DNA from: Deltaproteobacteria bacterium
Lineage (GTDB): Bacteria > Bdellovibrionota > UBA2394
Assembly (NCBI GenBank): GCA_017302715.1
Contig: JAFLCD010000008.1
Span: 37,924-101,923 of the forward strand
Length of the DNA: 64,000 bases
Direction of reading: 5' to 3'
The translations under genes were made by a program, and so were the position numbers. Shown here piece by piece: positions 8,823 through 17,945 of the stretch. Within the stretch, counting starts at the first letter, position 1. Each line of letters starts with the position of its first letter. The notes beneath the pieces are model-generated. The model saw nothing but the letters and a program-made list of their open reading frames with translations, was not told where the DNA came from and made no database searches.

Positions 8823-9310
8823 GATTTTAATCTCTCTTTCAAAGCTTTCTCAATAAACGCAGGCAACATTCCGTTCGTCGAGCCACCAAGTCCAATGATT
8901 TCTCGAATCATGGACGACGAAAGAAATGAATACTGCGGATCGGTCATCATAAAAATCGTCTCAAAAGTGGAACTAAGATGTCGATTGGCCTGCGCAAGTG
9001 CAAGTTCATATTCAAAATCGTAATTCGTACGAATACCTCGAATGACGATCACATTTTTTTTTCGTTGAACATACTCGACTAAAAGTCCCTCAAAAGATTC
9101 GACACGTACACGATCATTTTTTTCGAAGACTTTTTCGATCATCGAAACGCGCTCTTCAAGCCCGAAGACCGAGGGCTTTTTAGTATTGATGGCCACAGAG
9201 ATCGTGACGCTCTCGAAAATCTGTAGAGCACGCTCGACTAAATTGATGTGGCCGTTACTGAGCGGGTCAAAACTACCCGGATAGATGGCGTGCTTTTTCA
9301 TTCGCAACAA
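8819..9310 (-). CDS. coaD: Phosphopantetheine adenylyltransferase
   Basis: IYPGSFDPLSNGHINLVERA matches the CoaD nucleotidyltransferase H/T-x-G-H motif. 163 aa. 4-nt overlap with the downstream aminotransferase gene. Confidence 0.9.
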   Translation of the reverse strand: MLRMKKHAIYPGSFDPLSNGHINLVERALQIFESVTISVAINTKKPSVFGLEERVSMIEKVFEKNDRVRVESFEGLLVEYVQRKKNVIVIRGIRTNYDFEYELALAQANRHLSSTFETIFMMTDPQYSFLSSSMIREIIGLGGSTNGMLPAFIEKALKERLKS

Positions 9311-9354
9311 AGCCTAACAGGATGTTGTAAAACCTGCGACTTCAAATTAATTTA

Positions 9355-9373
9355 GGGGTCGGGTTCCGACCCC
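9355..9373. promoter_or_regulatory. GC-rich hairpin (ggggtcgg-gtt-ccgacccc) in the divergent coaD/eno leader region, 17 nt upstream of the eno start
   Basis: Perfect 8-bp stem with a 3-nt loop directly upstream of the GGAGG RBS of eno. Shares the 11-mer ggggtcgggtt with the inverted-repeat element at 50658. Confidence 0.5.
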
Positions 9374-9389
9374 CCTTGAAGGAGGAAAA

Positions 9390-10655
9390 ATGTCTGATCG
9401 TATTCGCAGTATTCGAGCTCGAGAAATTTTAGATAGCCGAGGCTTTCCCACCGTGGAGGCTGAAATCATTTTGGACTCGGGGCTGACGGCAAGGGCCGCG
9501 GTTCCCTCGGGAGCTTCGACCGGAAAATTTGAAGCGGTCGAGCTAAGAGATGCGGACGAGAAACGCTATCACGGCAAAGGGGTTTTAAAAGCTATTCATC
9601 ATATCATTGAAAATATTGCTCCTGCGGTTACGGGAATAGATCCCGTCGACCAAAGTGCAGTGGATCAAAAAATTCTTTCTCTTGATCCATCGGCACAAAA
9701 AGAAAAACTCGGTGCCAATGCTACTTTAGCGGTTTCGATGGCTGCTACTCGAGCGAGTGCGCTGATTCAAAAAGCGACTCTCGCCGAAACAATCGCGAAA
9801 ATTTTTAAGCCCACCAAAATGACGATGCCCGTTCCCTTTATGAATATTATTAACGGCGGAATGCATGCCGATAATAATTTAGATTTTCAAGAATTTATGA
9901 TTGCACCTGTGCAGGCCAAAAGTTTTGCAGAAGCTCTCAGAATGGGCGCCGAAGTATTTCACACGCTTAAAGGTATTTTGAAGAAAAAAGGACTTTCGAC
10001 CTCAGTTGGAGACGAAGGTGGATTTGCTCCCCGCTTAAAAAGTCACGAAGAAGCGCTTCAACTTATTATGGATGCCGTCAATCAATGTGGTTATGGCGCC
10101 CATATCAAACTCGCACTCGATGTCGCTTCGTCTTCTTTTTATGAAAATGGCAAATATGTTCTTACTAAATCTAACCGTGGTGCACAGTCGTCCGAACAAA
10201 TGATGGAAATCTACGGACAACTGCTGCATGAATTTCCAATTGTTTCTATTGAGGATGGGCTTGATGAAGAAGATTGGAAAGGTTGGCGATTGATGACAGA
10301 GAAATTCCCTAATACTCAACTCGTCGGCGATGATTTATTCGTTACTCAAGTTTCTCGGCTGGAACGTGGAATCAAAGAGCGATCGGCCAATGCGATCTTG
10401 ATCAAACTCAATCAAGTGGGAACGGTGAGCGAAACTTTTCAAACCATGCAGATGGCGATGAAAAATGGATTTAATTGCATGGTTTCTCACCGAAGCGGAG
10501 AAACCGAAGATACTTTTATCGCTGATCTTGCCGTAGGCACGGGAGCCGGCCAAATCAAAACAGGTAGCTTGTGCCGAACGGATCGAACCGCAAAATACAA
10601 TCAGTTAATTCGTCTAGAAGAAAGTCTCAAACTTTCTTACGCGAAATTATCATGA
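9390..10655 (+). CDS. eno: Enolase (phosphopyruvate hydratase)
   Basis: IRAREILDSRGFPTVEAEI and SHRSGETEDTFIADLAV match enolase signatures. 421 aa. Confidence 0.95.
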   Translation: MSDRIRSIRAREILDSRGFPTVEAEIILDSGLTARAAVPSGASTGKFEAVELRDADEKRYHGKGVLKAIHHIIENIAPAVTGIDPVDQSAVDQKILSLDPSAQKEKLGANATLAVSMAATRASALIQKATLAETIAKIFKPTKMTMPVPFMNIINGGMHADNNLDFQEFMIAPVQAKSFAEALRMGAEVFHTLKGILKKKGLSTSVGDEGGFAPRLKSHEEALQLIMDAVNQCGYGAHIKLALDVASSSFYENGKYVLTKSNRGAQSSEQMMEIYGQLLHEFPIVSIEDGLDEEDWKGWRLMTEKFPNTQLVGDDLFVTQVSRLERGIKERSANAILIKLNQVGTVSETFQTMQMAMKNGFNCMVSHRSGETEDTFIADLAVGTGAGQIKTGSLCRTDRTAKYNQLIRLEESLKLSYAKLS

Positions 10656-10711
10656 CAAATTCTTTAAGCTTCTCTTATATAAGGAAGCTTTATGAAGACC
10701 GATAAGCAGTT

Positions 10712-10731
10712 GCCCAGATAGCTCAGTCGGT
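10712..10731 (+). pseudogene. tRNA-Phe 5' fragment (20 nt identical to the 5' end of the intact tRNA-Phe 124 bp downstream), followed by a hairpin-rich segment
   Basis: gcccagatagctcagtcggt equals the first 20 nt of the downstream tRNA-Phe. There is no T-arm or acceptor 3' strand. The downstream segment contains cacacc-gaa-ggtgtg and a reverse-complement copy of gtcggtagagc. Confidence 0.6.
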
Positions 10732-10835
10732 GTCACACCGAAGGTGTGCAAAATACACCAGAGCCTGCTCTACCGACACAACGGGTAGAAGTGAAAATGG
10801 GAAGTTTTTAATAAGTTGTGATTGAAAGTCTAGAA

Positions 10836-10908
10836 GCCCAGATAGCTCAGTCGGTAGAGCAGTGGACTGAAAATCCACGTGTCGCTGGTTCGATTCCGGC
10901 TCTGGGCA
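10836..10908 (+). tRNA. tRNA-Phe (anticodon GAA)
   Basis: GCCCAGATAGCTCAGTCGGTAGAGCAGTGGACTGAAAATCCACGTGTCGCTGGTTCGATTCCGGCTCTGGGCA. Anticodon loop CUGAAAA. T-arm GGTTCGATTCC. CCA not encoded. Confidence 0.9.
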
Positions 10909-10970
10909 TATTTTCTGGGCACATTCTTGGGCGTATTCCCCCTCCCTATCTTTTCCGCTTATAATTATTC

Positions 10971-11849
10971 ATGGCGGTATTTTTTGAGAAATTAAATCGT
11001 GCGTATGAACTCTCCAAAGCCTGCTATCGAATCGTGTTTTACCATAAACATTTGATTTGGTTTCCTCTGCTTTCTTCGATTTCATGCGTATTGATTTTAA
11101 TATCAATGGGATTTTGGGTATTCACGACTCCGTTTTTTGATCAGATCGTTCATGAAATAAAAAGTCGATCTCTTCAAGATCACCAAGCAGAATTTTATAC
11201 TCTTACTTTTATTTTTTATCTCGTTAACTATTTCGTCATTTTCTTTTTTAACTCTGCTTTGATGGCCTGCACTTTGCGAATTTTAAACGGCCAAGAAGCC
11301 TCCGTAAGTTTTGGAATTTCTATGGCGACCAAACGCATTACTCAAATTTTTGCGTGGGCGCTTGTCTCGGCAACCATCGGGCTCGTACTGAAAGTGATTT
11401 CAGATAAATCAAATTTAATAGGAAAAATAATCTCGGCTCTTTTAGGCGGAGCCTGGACAGTGCTCAGCTATTTTGTTGTTCCTTATATTATTGTTCAAGG
11501 GGCCAGCCCTTGGAGCGCATTTTCAAAATCATCCAAACTTATTTATCAAAAATGGGGGGATGCTCTAAGAGCGGAGTTTTCATTTTTGATTCTCTCAGGA
11601 GCAGCGATGTTTTGCTGGTTTATTTTTTTAAGCTTTTGCGCATTTTTCTTTGCGCAAACCCATCCCATTCTTTTGGCGGTCATGGGCATCACCGGCTTTA
11701 TCGTTATTCATCTCATCACATCAACTGCAGAGGGAATTTTTCGCGGAGTGCTCTTTAATTATGCGACTGGACGAGAGCTTCCGATAGGTCTTCAAATGTA
11801 CACCGAAGATTTTCAAAATCACTTTCAAAGCAAACGTTTAGAAGATTAA
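10971..11849 (+). CDS. Polytopic membrane protein, hypothetical
   Basis: 292-aa ORF with at least 6 hydrophobic segments. No catalytic motif recognised. Confidence 0.5.
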   Translation: MAVFFEKLNRAYELSKACYRIVFYHKHLIWFPLLSSISCVLILISMGFWVFTTPFFDQIVHEIKSRSLQDHQAEFYTLTFIFYLVNYFVIFFFNSALMACTLRILNGQEASVSFGISMATKRITQIFAWALVSATIGLVLKVISDKSNLIGKIISALLGGAWTVLSYFVVPYIIVQGASPWSAFSKSSKLIYQKWGDALRAEFSFLILSGAAMFCWFIFLSFCAFFFAQTHPILLAVMGITGFIVIHLITSTAEGIFRGVLFNYATGRELPIGLQMYTEDFQNHFQSKRLED

Positions 11850-11995
11850 ACCCAAGGCGTTTCATTTTTTTTATTAATCTCTTTGCTCTTTGAATCTCGA
11901 AGTCTTGCTCGATTTCGACGAAAAGCAAAAATGACGATGAGCATTCCAATGATAATAAATGGAAGTCCTGGATGATCTTGAAAATTGAAACTCAT
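11846..11995 (-). CDS. Candidate small membrane protein (49 aa) not in the supplied ORF track
   Basis: Minus-strand ATG preceded by AGGAA 8 nt upstream. MSFNFQDHPGLPFIIIGMLIVIFAFRRNRARLRDSKSKEINKKNETPWV is a single TM helix plus a basic tail. It sits in an otherwise empty 170-bp convergent gap. Confidence 0.3.
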   Translation of the reverse strand: MSFNFQDHPGLPFIIIGMLIVIFAFRRNRARLRDSKSKEINKKNETPWV

Positions 11996-12017
11996 AAAAA
12001 ATTTCCTTTCATCGGTT

Positions 12018-12809
12018 TTACTGAAGCGAGGTTTTTAAATCATTTAAAAAAGGTCTGAGGTCTTCGTTCACAACTTTTTCAATCGGAGCGTAAGTTGCCT
12101 TCGATTGAAAAAACAAATAGTAAGATGGCACTCCAAGTAAACTGCCGATTCCCACCCGCACTCCTGCTTGAGTTCCCAAATAAGTTAGCGATCTGGCCAC
12201 TGCCTTACAACTTCGCTTAAATGTTGAGTCCCCTCTTCGCAAATGTTGCTCTGGAATCACCGCAATAGGCCGCATTGGACGTCTCAAAGTATTCACCGCA
12301 AATTTTGTAGATCTATAGATAGCTTCGGCTCCCAATCCAATACCAATTCCAGTTAAAATCGACGGCAACACATTCTCAAAATTTCTATACTCTGGACGGG
12401 ACTCCAAGTCTCGCATCTGCCGGTCTAATTCATCGATCAAGATCTGAGTAGCCTCAGGTGAAAGTTCAGATCGGCGAGCTTCAAGAGTTGCCTTAAAAAG
12501 ACTAAACATTTTAAATCTCAAAAAATACAAATTATCAGAGTTCAAGTTGCGACGATCGGAAAATGCAGGTGCGAAGAAGGCAGAGATAACGCCCACCGAA
12601 GTTTCTTGAAGACCTTGAACATTCTTCATTTGATTGGCGTTAAAAAATTGGTCTAGAGAATTACTCAACTGATAAGAAGCTGCAGGCCGGGAATCATCGC
12701 TAGCTTTATTGGAATCGCCCGATGATCGAGGTTTCGAAATAGCCATGCTCGGTACCAGCCAGACCAGGCTAAGAACGAGAGTTAGCGATCTTAGAATACG
12801 CCAAAACAT
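12018..12809 (-). CDS. Secreted hypothetical protein
   Basis: 263 aa. N-terminal signal-like segment (MFWRILRSLTLVLSLVWLVPSMA). Confidence 0.45.
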   Translation of the reverse strand: MFWRILRSLTLVLSLVWLVPSMAISKPRSSGDSNKASDDSRPAASYQLSNSLDQFFNANQMKNVQGLQETSVGVISAFFAPAFSDRRNLNSDNLYFLRFKMFSLFKATLEARRSELSPEATQILIDELDRQMRDLESRPEYRNFENVLPSILTGIGIGLGAEAIYRSTKFAVNTLRRPMRPIAVIPEQHLRRGDSTFKRSCKAVARSLTYLGTQAGVRVGIGSLLGVPSYYLFFQSKATYAPIEKVVNEDLRPFLNDLKTSLQ

Positions 12810-12877
12810 GGAAGCTTATTTACTTTAGATTGAGATTACTGACAATGAATGGCTCCTTCGCTAAACTAAGCCTATAA

Positions 12878-14059
12878 ATGGCACCCATTAAAGATCCAAG
12901 TACTGAAAACCAATCGACTTCTTTACCTCGGCTGCCTCTCACTTGCGGCTACTTAGTTCGAAACGAAGGCGAATTTTTAGAAGCAAGTCTTGAAAGTGTT
13001 TGTTTATTTGCAGACGAACTCATTGTTTTTGATTCAGGCTCCACCGACGACAGCCTTAAAATTTTAGAAAAATTTAGAAATCGAGTTCCTAAGTTTCAGC
13101 TTCGATCGATTGAATGGAAAAATAATTTTTCAGAAGCTCGTAATGAGCTTTCAAAATTGGCAACCAATCGATGGATTCTCTTTGTAGATGGAGACGAAAT
13201 TTTAGAGAGCTCTGGTTATCAGAAAATGGCCAAGCTGATTCAAGATGAAGAGGCGGACTGCTACTCACTCGTTCAAAAAAATTATACTCAAGATGCTTCA
13301 ATCGAAGGCGTTAAACTCGTTGAGGATAAAAACTTACCTGGCTTGAAGAACTCTTCACAACCGCTTTATTTTTTTAATAATTGGATGGAGAGATTGTATC
13401 GAAGAGATAAGGGTCTGGCTTACGAAGGCCGCATTCATGAAAGTCTGTTGCCTACCTGTAGACGCTTGAATCTCAAGCACTCCACCGTCAATATTATTTT
13501 GCACCATTACGGACGACTCAAATTAAGTCAGGCAGAAAAAATAAAATATTATTTAAATTTAACCGAACAAAAAGTGAAAGAAGAGCCCGAAAACGTAGTG
13601 GCCGTGATTGAACTCATCACCAATTTAATTGAAGTCGGACAATTTGAAAGAGCTTTTGCATTTGCAGAAGATGGAGTGAAAAAATTTTCGGGCATTCCAG
13701 AGATGTGGCGCTCAGGATTTCAAGCGGCTTTGCGAGCTGATCAATTTCAAACGGCAGAAAATTGGATTCAGATTTATTTGAAAATGAAGCCTCAGGATAT
13801 TTTTGCGCTTTCACAACTAACAACAGCACTTCTCTATCAAAAAAAATTTTCAGATGTTCTTAAACTCGCGGATGATCTACTCAAAGTGGATCCCAAAAAT
13901 TTTGTCGCCCACGTAAATTGTGGTGTTATTTTTTATGAAAATCAAAATTGGAAAAAATCTCTCGAACATTTGAATGCAGCGCTTGAAACAAAACCCTCTG
14001 ATACATTTTTGATTGAAGCTCGAAAAAAAGTTCAGGAAAAAATTAATGCACTGCAGTGA
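12878..14059 (+). CDS. Family-2 glycosyltransferase fused to C-terminal TPR repeats
   Basis: N-terminal GT2-like region (DSGSTDDS, FVDGDE = DxD). The C-terminal about 150 aa is TPR-like and helical. 393 aa. Confidence 0.65.
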   Translation: MAPIKDPSTENQSTSLPRLPLTCGYLVRNEGEFLEASLESVCLFADELIVFDSGSTDDSLKILEKFRNRVPKFQLRSIEWKNNFSEARNELSKLATNRWILFVDGDEILESSGYQKMAKLIQDEEADCYSLVQKNYTQDASIEGVKLVEDKNLPGLKNSSQPLYFFNNWMERLYRRDKGLAYEGRIHESLLPTCRRLNLKHSTVNIILHHYGRLKLSQAEKIKYYLNLTEQKVKEEPENVVAVIELITNLIEVGQFERAFAFAEDGVKKFSGIPEMWRSGFQAALRADQFQTAENWIQIYLKMKPQDIFALSQLTTALLYQKKFSDVLKLADDLLKVDPKNFVAHVNCGVIFYENQNWKKSLEHLNAALETKPSDTFLIEARKKVQEKINALQ

Positions 14060-14191
14060 GAAAAAATAACAACTAACGCATCGCATGCAGTCAATTGCAT
14101 TGACCCACCGCCCCACCGATCTTTAGACTTAAAAGTGAGGGGTTCTTAAAAAAAATCTAAAAAATCAGCGGACGTTCTCGGGGGAGGATCT

Positions 14192-15967
14192 ATGCGGTTC
14201 ATTTATTTGGCCATCGCGGCTATCACGTTTTCAGCATGCGGACAAAACGAACAGGGAGTTGCTCACTTATTTAATGACAGCCAACTCTCTCTAAACCGCA
14301 CACAGACTAAGTTTGCGGAGAGTGATATCTCTCTGACTCAAACTTCGACCATCACGATGATGAATCAAGAATTTGAAAGTCCTCGCCGCATCGAAAATAT
14401 CGAAAACTCGGGCGCAGTAAACGCCATCGCACCACAAGAAACTTTAGAACAGATCTCTTTAAAAAAAGCGGCAGAACTTTTTCCTGGATACGAAATGAAG
14501 CTTCTTCACTTAAGAAAAGGAAGCCGCTTCACTTACGCCACTTTTCAGCAAACATTTAAAGGCAAAGAAGTTGTTGGCGCAAAAATGATTTTAAGACTGA
14601 AAGCTAATGGGGAATGGAAAACATCTAGTACCACATTGGTAAATCCAAAGTTTTTTTCTACAGTGAAATTAAATCCTTCTGCCGGCCTCTCTTCTTCTAA
14701 GTTTTTTCCAGCAGCTCATCACGTGATTCGTCAGCAATCGGTTCTTTATCCTAAAAAATTGAATGAATCAGACTTCCAAGTTTTTGCGGCACGTGAATTT
14801 GTTTTGTATTCAACGGAACAACAAATGGAATTTTGGATTTGGGCTGATGAAAATACAGGAGAAGCCATCGGAGCGTACAATCCAGCTTCGGGAGCACGAC
14901 AACTTCAAGTCGTAGGAACCGTACTCCCTAACGCACCCGGAGATGAACTTTTTATGGTGGCCTTTCCTGAGCTTACTGCAACATTTGGCGACAAAGAAAA
15001 GATTGCTGCGGATGGAACAGGAAATTTTCGCTTTGATTCAAACTCAGAGAACAAAGGATTTAAAGTGACCCTTGAAAATCCTTTTTTAAGTGTTTTCAAT
15101 AATGCGAAGCCCGATACGGCTTATGCGGTTCAAGATATTTCTAAATTTCCTGGAGATAAAATCGTTCTCGATGGCGGAGACCAAGAAGTAGGCCCCTCAC
15201 TGGAAGATCGAAATATTTACTACTGGGTGATGCAGGCTCGAAAGTTTCTGCACGAAAAATTAAATTTCGACAAAATGGATTATCAATTGGTGGCTTTTGC
15301 AAATTACGGCGAAAAATTTGATAACGCTTTCTTTATGCCACTGATGAAAACTTTATCTTTTGGCGCGGGCTCGATGTATTTCAAAAATACAGCACTGTCC
15401 CGAGACGTGGTGATCCATGAGTTTGGGCATGCGGTCACTTTTGAAATTTATGGAAACCAACCTGGATATGAATTCGGCGCGATGAACGAAGCATTTAGCG
15501 ATTATCTCGCGGCCACCATCACCGATAATCCAGATATCGGCGAAAATTCTATTCTACCAGCGTTGATGGAAAGACGCGGCGGACATCCTTATCTCCGAAC
15601 CGTAGAGAACAAATTAGTGTTTCCAAAAGATTTCTTAGGTACGGCGTTTCATGATGACGGCCAAATGTTTGGAGGCGCACTTTGGAACTTAAGAAAAACT
15701 TTAGGCGCCGATGTGGCAGACAAACTCATTCACGAAGCTCGTCTAGCTCAAGCGAAAAGCATTCAAGAATTTATTCGTGAGCTTTTAATCGTGGACAAAG
15801 GCAATGATTCAAATCCTTATACTCCTTCAAAGAATGAACGAGCGATCTGGAATGCGTTTAGATCTCATGGACTTAATTCAACCACAAGGTTTGATGAGAA
15901 GAATCCAGACTTGACAACTCCATGGAGAAGAAAACCTCAGGCTGTTGGATGCCTAGATCACTTATAA
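14192..15967 (+). CDS. Thermolysin-like (M4-type) zinc metallopeptidase, lipoprotein
   Basis: Lipobox ITFSAC. HEFGHAV zinc motif followed by NEAFSDY (the Glu-containing third-ligand motif of the thermolysin clan). 591 aa. Confidence 0.65.
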   Translation: MRFIYLAIAAITFSACGQNEQGVAHLFNDSQLSLNRTQTKFAESDISLTQTSTITMMNQEFESPRRIENIENSGAVNAIAPQETLEQISLKKAAELFPGYEMKLLHLRKGSRFTYATFQQTFKGKEVVGAKMILRLKANGEWKTSSTTLVNPKFFSTVKLNPSAGLSSSKFFPAAHHVIRQQSVLYPKKLNESDFQVFAAREFVLYSTEQQMEFWIWADENTGEAIGAYNPASGARQLQVVGTVLPNAPGDELFMVAFPELTATFGDKEKIAADGTGNFRFDSNSENKGFKVTLENPFLSVFNNAKPDTAYAVQDISKFPGDKIVLDGGDQEVGPSLEDRNIYYWVMQARKFLHEKLNFDKMDYQLVAFANYGEKFDNAFFMPLMKTLSFGAGSMYFKNTALSRDVVIHEFGHAVTFEIYGNQPGYEFGAMNEAFSDYLAATITDNPDIGENSILPALMERRGGHPYLRTVENKLVFPKDFLGTAFHDDGQMFGGALWNLRKTLGADVADKLIHEARLAQAKSIQEFIRELLIVDKGNDSNPYTPSKNERAIWNAFRSHGLNSTTRFDEKNPDLTTPWRRKPQAVGCLDHL

Positions 15968-16641
15968 AAAAAGTGAAGCCAGTTTCCGACGACAAGTTTT
16001 TGAAAAAAGTGAGGAAACCAAATGGGCAAGAAGTACCAACTTAAATTAGATACCGAATGAAAAACAATGGGCCCTAAAATGGATTCAGAGGCGAGAAAGA
16101 GAATTCCGTTCACCAACCCCAATACAAAAGCGCCACCATGCAAAGTCTGATGCGCGATCATAAAAAAAAGACTCGAAAGTAAAACTGCTGCTGAAAAACG
16201 AGCGAAGCGAGAATAGAGAGCTCTTAAAATCAGATCTCTAAAAAATAGCTCTTCTAAAACGGGAGCAACCAGCGCCAACAACATAAGATCCTGAAAATTT
16301 CGACTTGAAGGTAAAAAAGTGAGGACCGGATCTTCTTCGGTTTTACAAATAAAATTTAAAATCCAAAGGCAAAAAAAATAAACAGCCAAAAATCCAAATG
16401 GAATCCAAAAACTTCTGCCGCAACACCTCCAGACAGGTCGCCAGCCCTTTCTCCAAAGAAAAAAAAGTGCGATCGCTAAAAAAATCTGAAAACTATAACG
16501 ACGCAATCCGTTAGAAAATAAATCCGGTAAAAGCATCTGAAAAAGACCAAGAAGAGCTGCGTAAGCAAAAAATCCGGCAAGCCAAATCAAAGCTAAGCGT
16601 GTTTGACTTAAATCTAATATCAAGAAGCTCTTTGTCCTCAT
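15958..16641 (-). CDS. CPBP-family (CAAX protease-like) intramembrane metalloprotease
   Basis: EELFFRDLIL matches the CPBP EExxxR motif. Later His-containing TM helices. Start placed at the internal MRTKSF. The ORF can extend to 16659. Confidence 0.65.
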   Translation of the reverse strand: MRTKSFLILDLSQTRLALIWLAGFFAYAALLGLFQMLLPDLFSNGLRRYSFQIFLAIALFFLWRKGWRPVWRCCGRSFWIPFGFLAVYFFCLWILNFICKTEEDPVLTFLPSSRNFQDLMLLALVAPVLEELFFRDLILRALYSRFARFSAAVLLSSLFFMIAHQTLHGGAFVLGLVNGILFLASESILGPIVFHSVSNLSWYFLPIWFPHFFQKLVVGNWLHFFYK

Positions 16642-16665
16642 CTGCACTTCCTTTAACATAAGGAT

Positions 16666-17286
16666 ATGTACATCGATCTTCTACTTTTATTTTTGATCAT
16701 CTTGTTTGGAGTTTTGGGTTATATCCATGGCTTCATCCGACAAGTACTTTCACTTTTAGCGCTGCTAGCGATTATCTTTTTCTCTCATCCGCTGGCGAGT
16801 TGGCTTAAAGAAAATTCAGGCTGGTCGTGGTTTGAACACGCTCCTATTTTAATCAACTGGGGACTGAGCAGTTTATTTTTGATGGGTTTATTTTTAGTTA
16901 CCGGTGGCGTGATCACACTGATGAAAAAAGAGTCCGGGTTGGAGCCTACGGATCGCTGGCTTGGCGTTGCGCTCGGAACTCTCAAAGGTTTTGTACTCGC
17001 TCTTTGTTTAGGCTTGGTGTTTCAAGTTTTGCCAGAGAAAACAAGAGAAAGATTTTCGGATATTCACCACGACTCTGAAAATTCCTATTTCATAAAAATG
17101 TCTTCGGGAGTTTTAGAATGGAAATCCATTTCATCTTTTAAAAGCTTGCACGATATTCGAAGAGATCTTCAATCGCATGAAAATCCATTTCAAAAGCCGA
17201 GTTTTCTTGAAAAAACAGATTTGCAATCTAAGTCAAATTCTCGTGAAGGCCCTTGGGCCAAAGATGTGGGCGCCGAAAAAGACTAA
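16666..17286 (+). CDS. cvpA: CvpA-family membrane protein
   Basis: YIHGFIRQVLSLLALLAIIFFSH and GLEPTDRWLGVALGTLKGFVLA align with the CvpA conserved blocks (LIRGFVREALSL / GLSGTDRVLGVCFGALRG). Confidence 0.75.
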   Translation: MYIDLLLLFLIILFGVLGYIHGFIRQVLSLLALLAIIFFSHPLASWLKENSGWSWFEHAPILINWGLSSLFLMGLFLVTGGVITLMKKESGLEPTDRWLGVALGTLKGFVLALCLGLVFQVLPEKTRERFSDIHHDSENSYFIKMSSGVLEWKSISSFKSLHDIRRDLQSHENPFQKPSFLEKTDLQSKSNSREGPWAKDVGAEKD

Positions 17287-17945
17287 GCTCGCTGAATCCA
17301 AGCGAGATGTCTGAGTTTTCTGCGTAGATCTTTATCGCGACGATACGAATAAAACTCAGGCTGGCAGTAAGTGCAAAGCGAAGACTCAGAAATTCGAATG
17401 CCTGAATATTTATTCAATTTAAATTTTTGAAATCCTTTTAAGGCTAAATAAAATTTTTCAGCTGCCGGCGTACTTTTTTCTGAAATTTTGGTGAATGGCC
17501 AAGCTTCATCCCCCAAAGCTCCTATGACTTCGGCCCCAACTTCAAAATGCTCCTGGCAGATGCTCGGGCTCAGCCAGGCAAAAAATTCGCCTTCGGGTTT
17601 TAGTTCGTCCAATGCCTTTTCGATAATTTTATCCGCCGTACCTCGCCAACCCGCATGAATAGCGGCCACAAAATTTCCTATAGAATTTTTTCCGGAAATG
17701 AGAATGGCGGTGCAATCGGCCACAGAAATTCCAAGCTTCATATTCTCTTCGCCTGTCCAAAACCAATCGCCTTCTAGGTTTTCTGGTACCGATAAAGAGC
17801 TGGAGAGGCAATGTCCATGGGATCCGTGAACTTGTTTAAGACGAACAAAAGAGGAATCGACTATCTCTAACGGCATCGAGAAACCCATTTGTGCATTTTT
17901 GCAAAAATGTTTCAGACTCAATCCTTGAGAAAAATTTTCATCCAC
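17283..17945 (-). CDS. pgeF: YfiH/PgeF-family purine nucleoside phosphorylase / laccase-domain protein
   Basis: AAIHAGWRG and the LSPSICQEHFEVG region fit the YfiH family. 220 aa. Confidence 0.75.
   Translation of the reverse strand: MDENFSQGLSLKHFCKNAQMGFSMPLEIVDSSFVRLKQVHGSHGHCLSSSLSVPENLEGDWFWTGEENMKLGISVADCTAILISGKNSIGNFVAAIHAGWRGTADKIIEKALDELKPEGEFFAWLSPSICQEHFEVGAEVIGALGDEAWPFTKISEKSTPAAEKFYLALKGFQKFKLNKYSGIRISESSLCTYCQPEFYSYRRDKDLRRKLRHLAWIQRA

Noticed and set aside
177-10553. Numerous 60-110-aa antisense or same-strand nested ORFs (e.g. 177-407, 3181-3438, 8239-8445, 10035-10319, 10335-10553)
   Set aside because: All lie inside longer ORFs with strong homology-type motifs on the other frame or strand. 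No RBS, low-complexity translations.
11755-11949. 64-aa minus-strand ORF overlapping the 3' end of the membrane-protein gene
   Set aside because: No SD, no hydrophobic or conserved features, overlaps the convergent CDS by about 95 nt. The shorter alternative-frame ORF 11846-11995 with an RBS is the better candidate.
14060-14191. GTCAAT-TGC-ATTGAC palindrome and CCCC...GGGG stem after the glycosyltransferase gene
   Set aside because: Short (6-bp arms) and common by chance in AT-rich DNA. Could be a weak terminator but not compelling.
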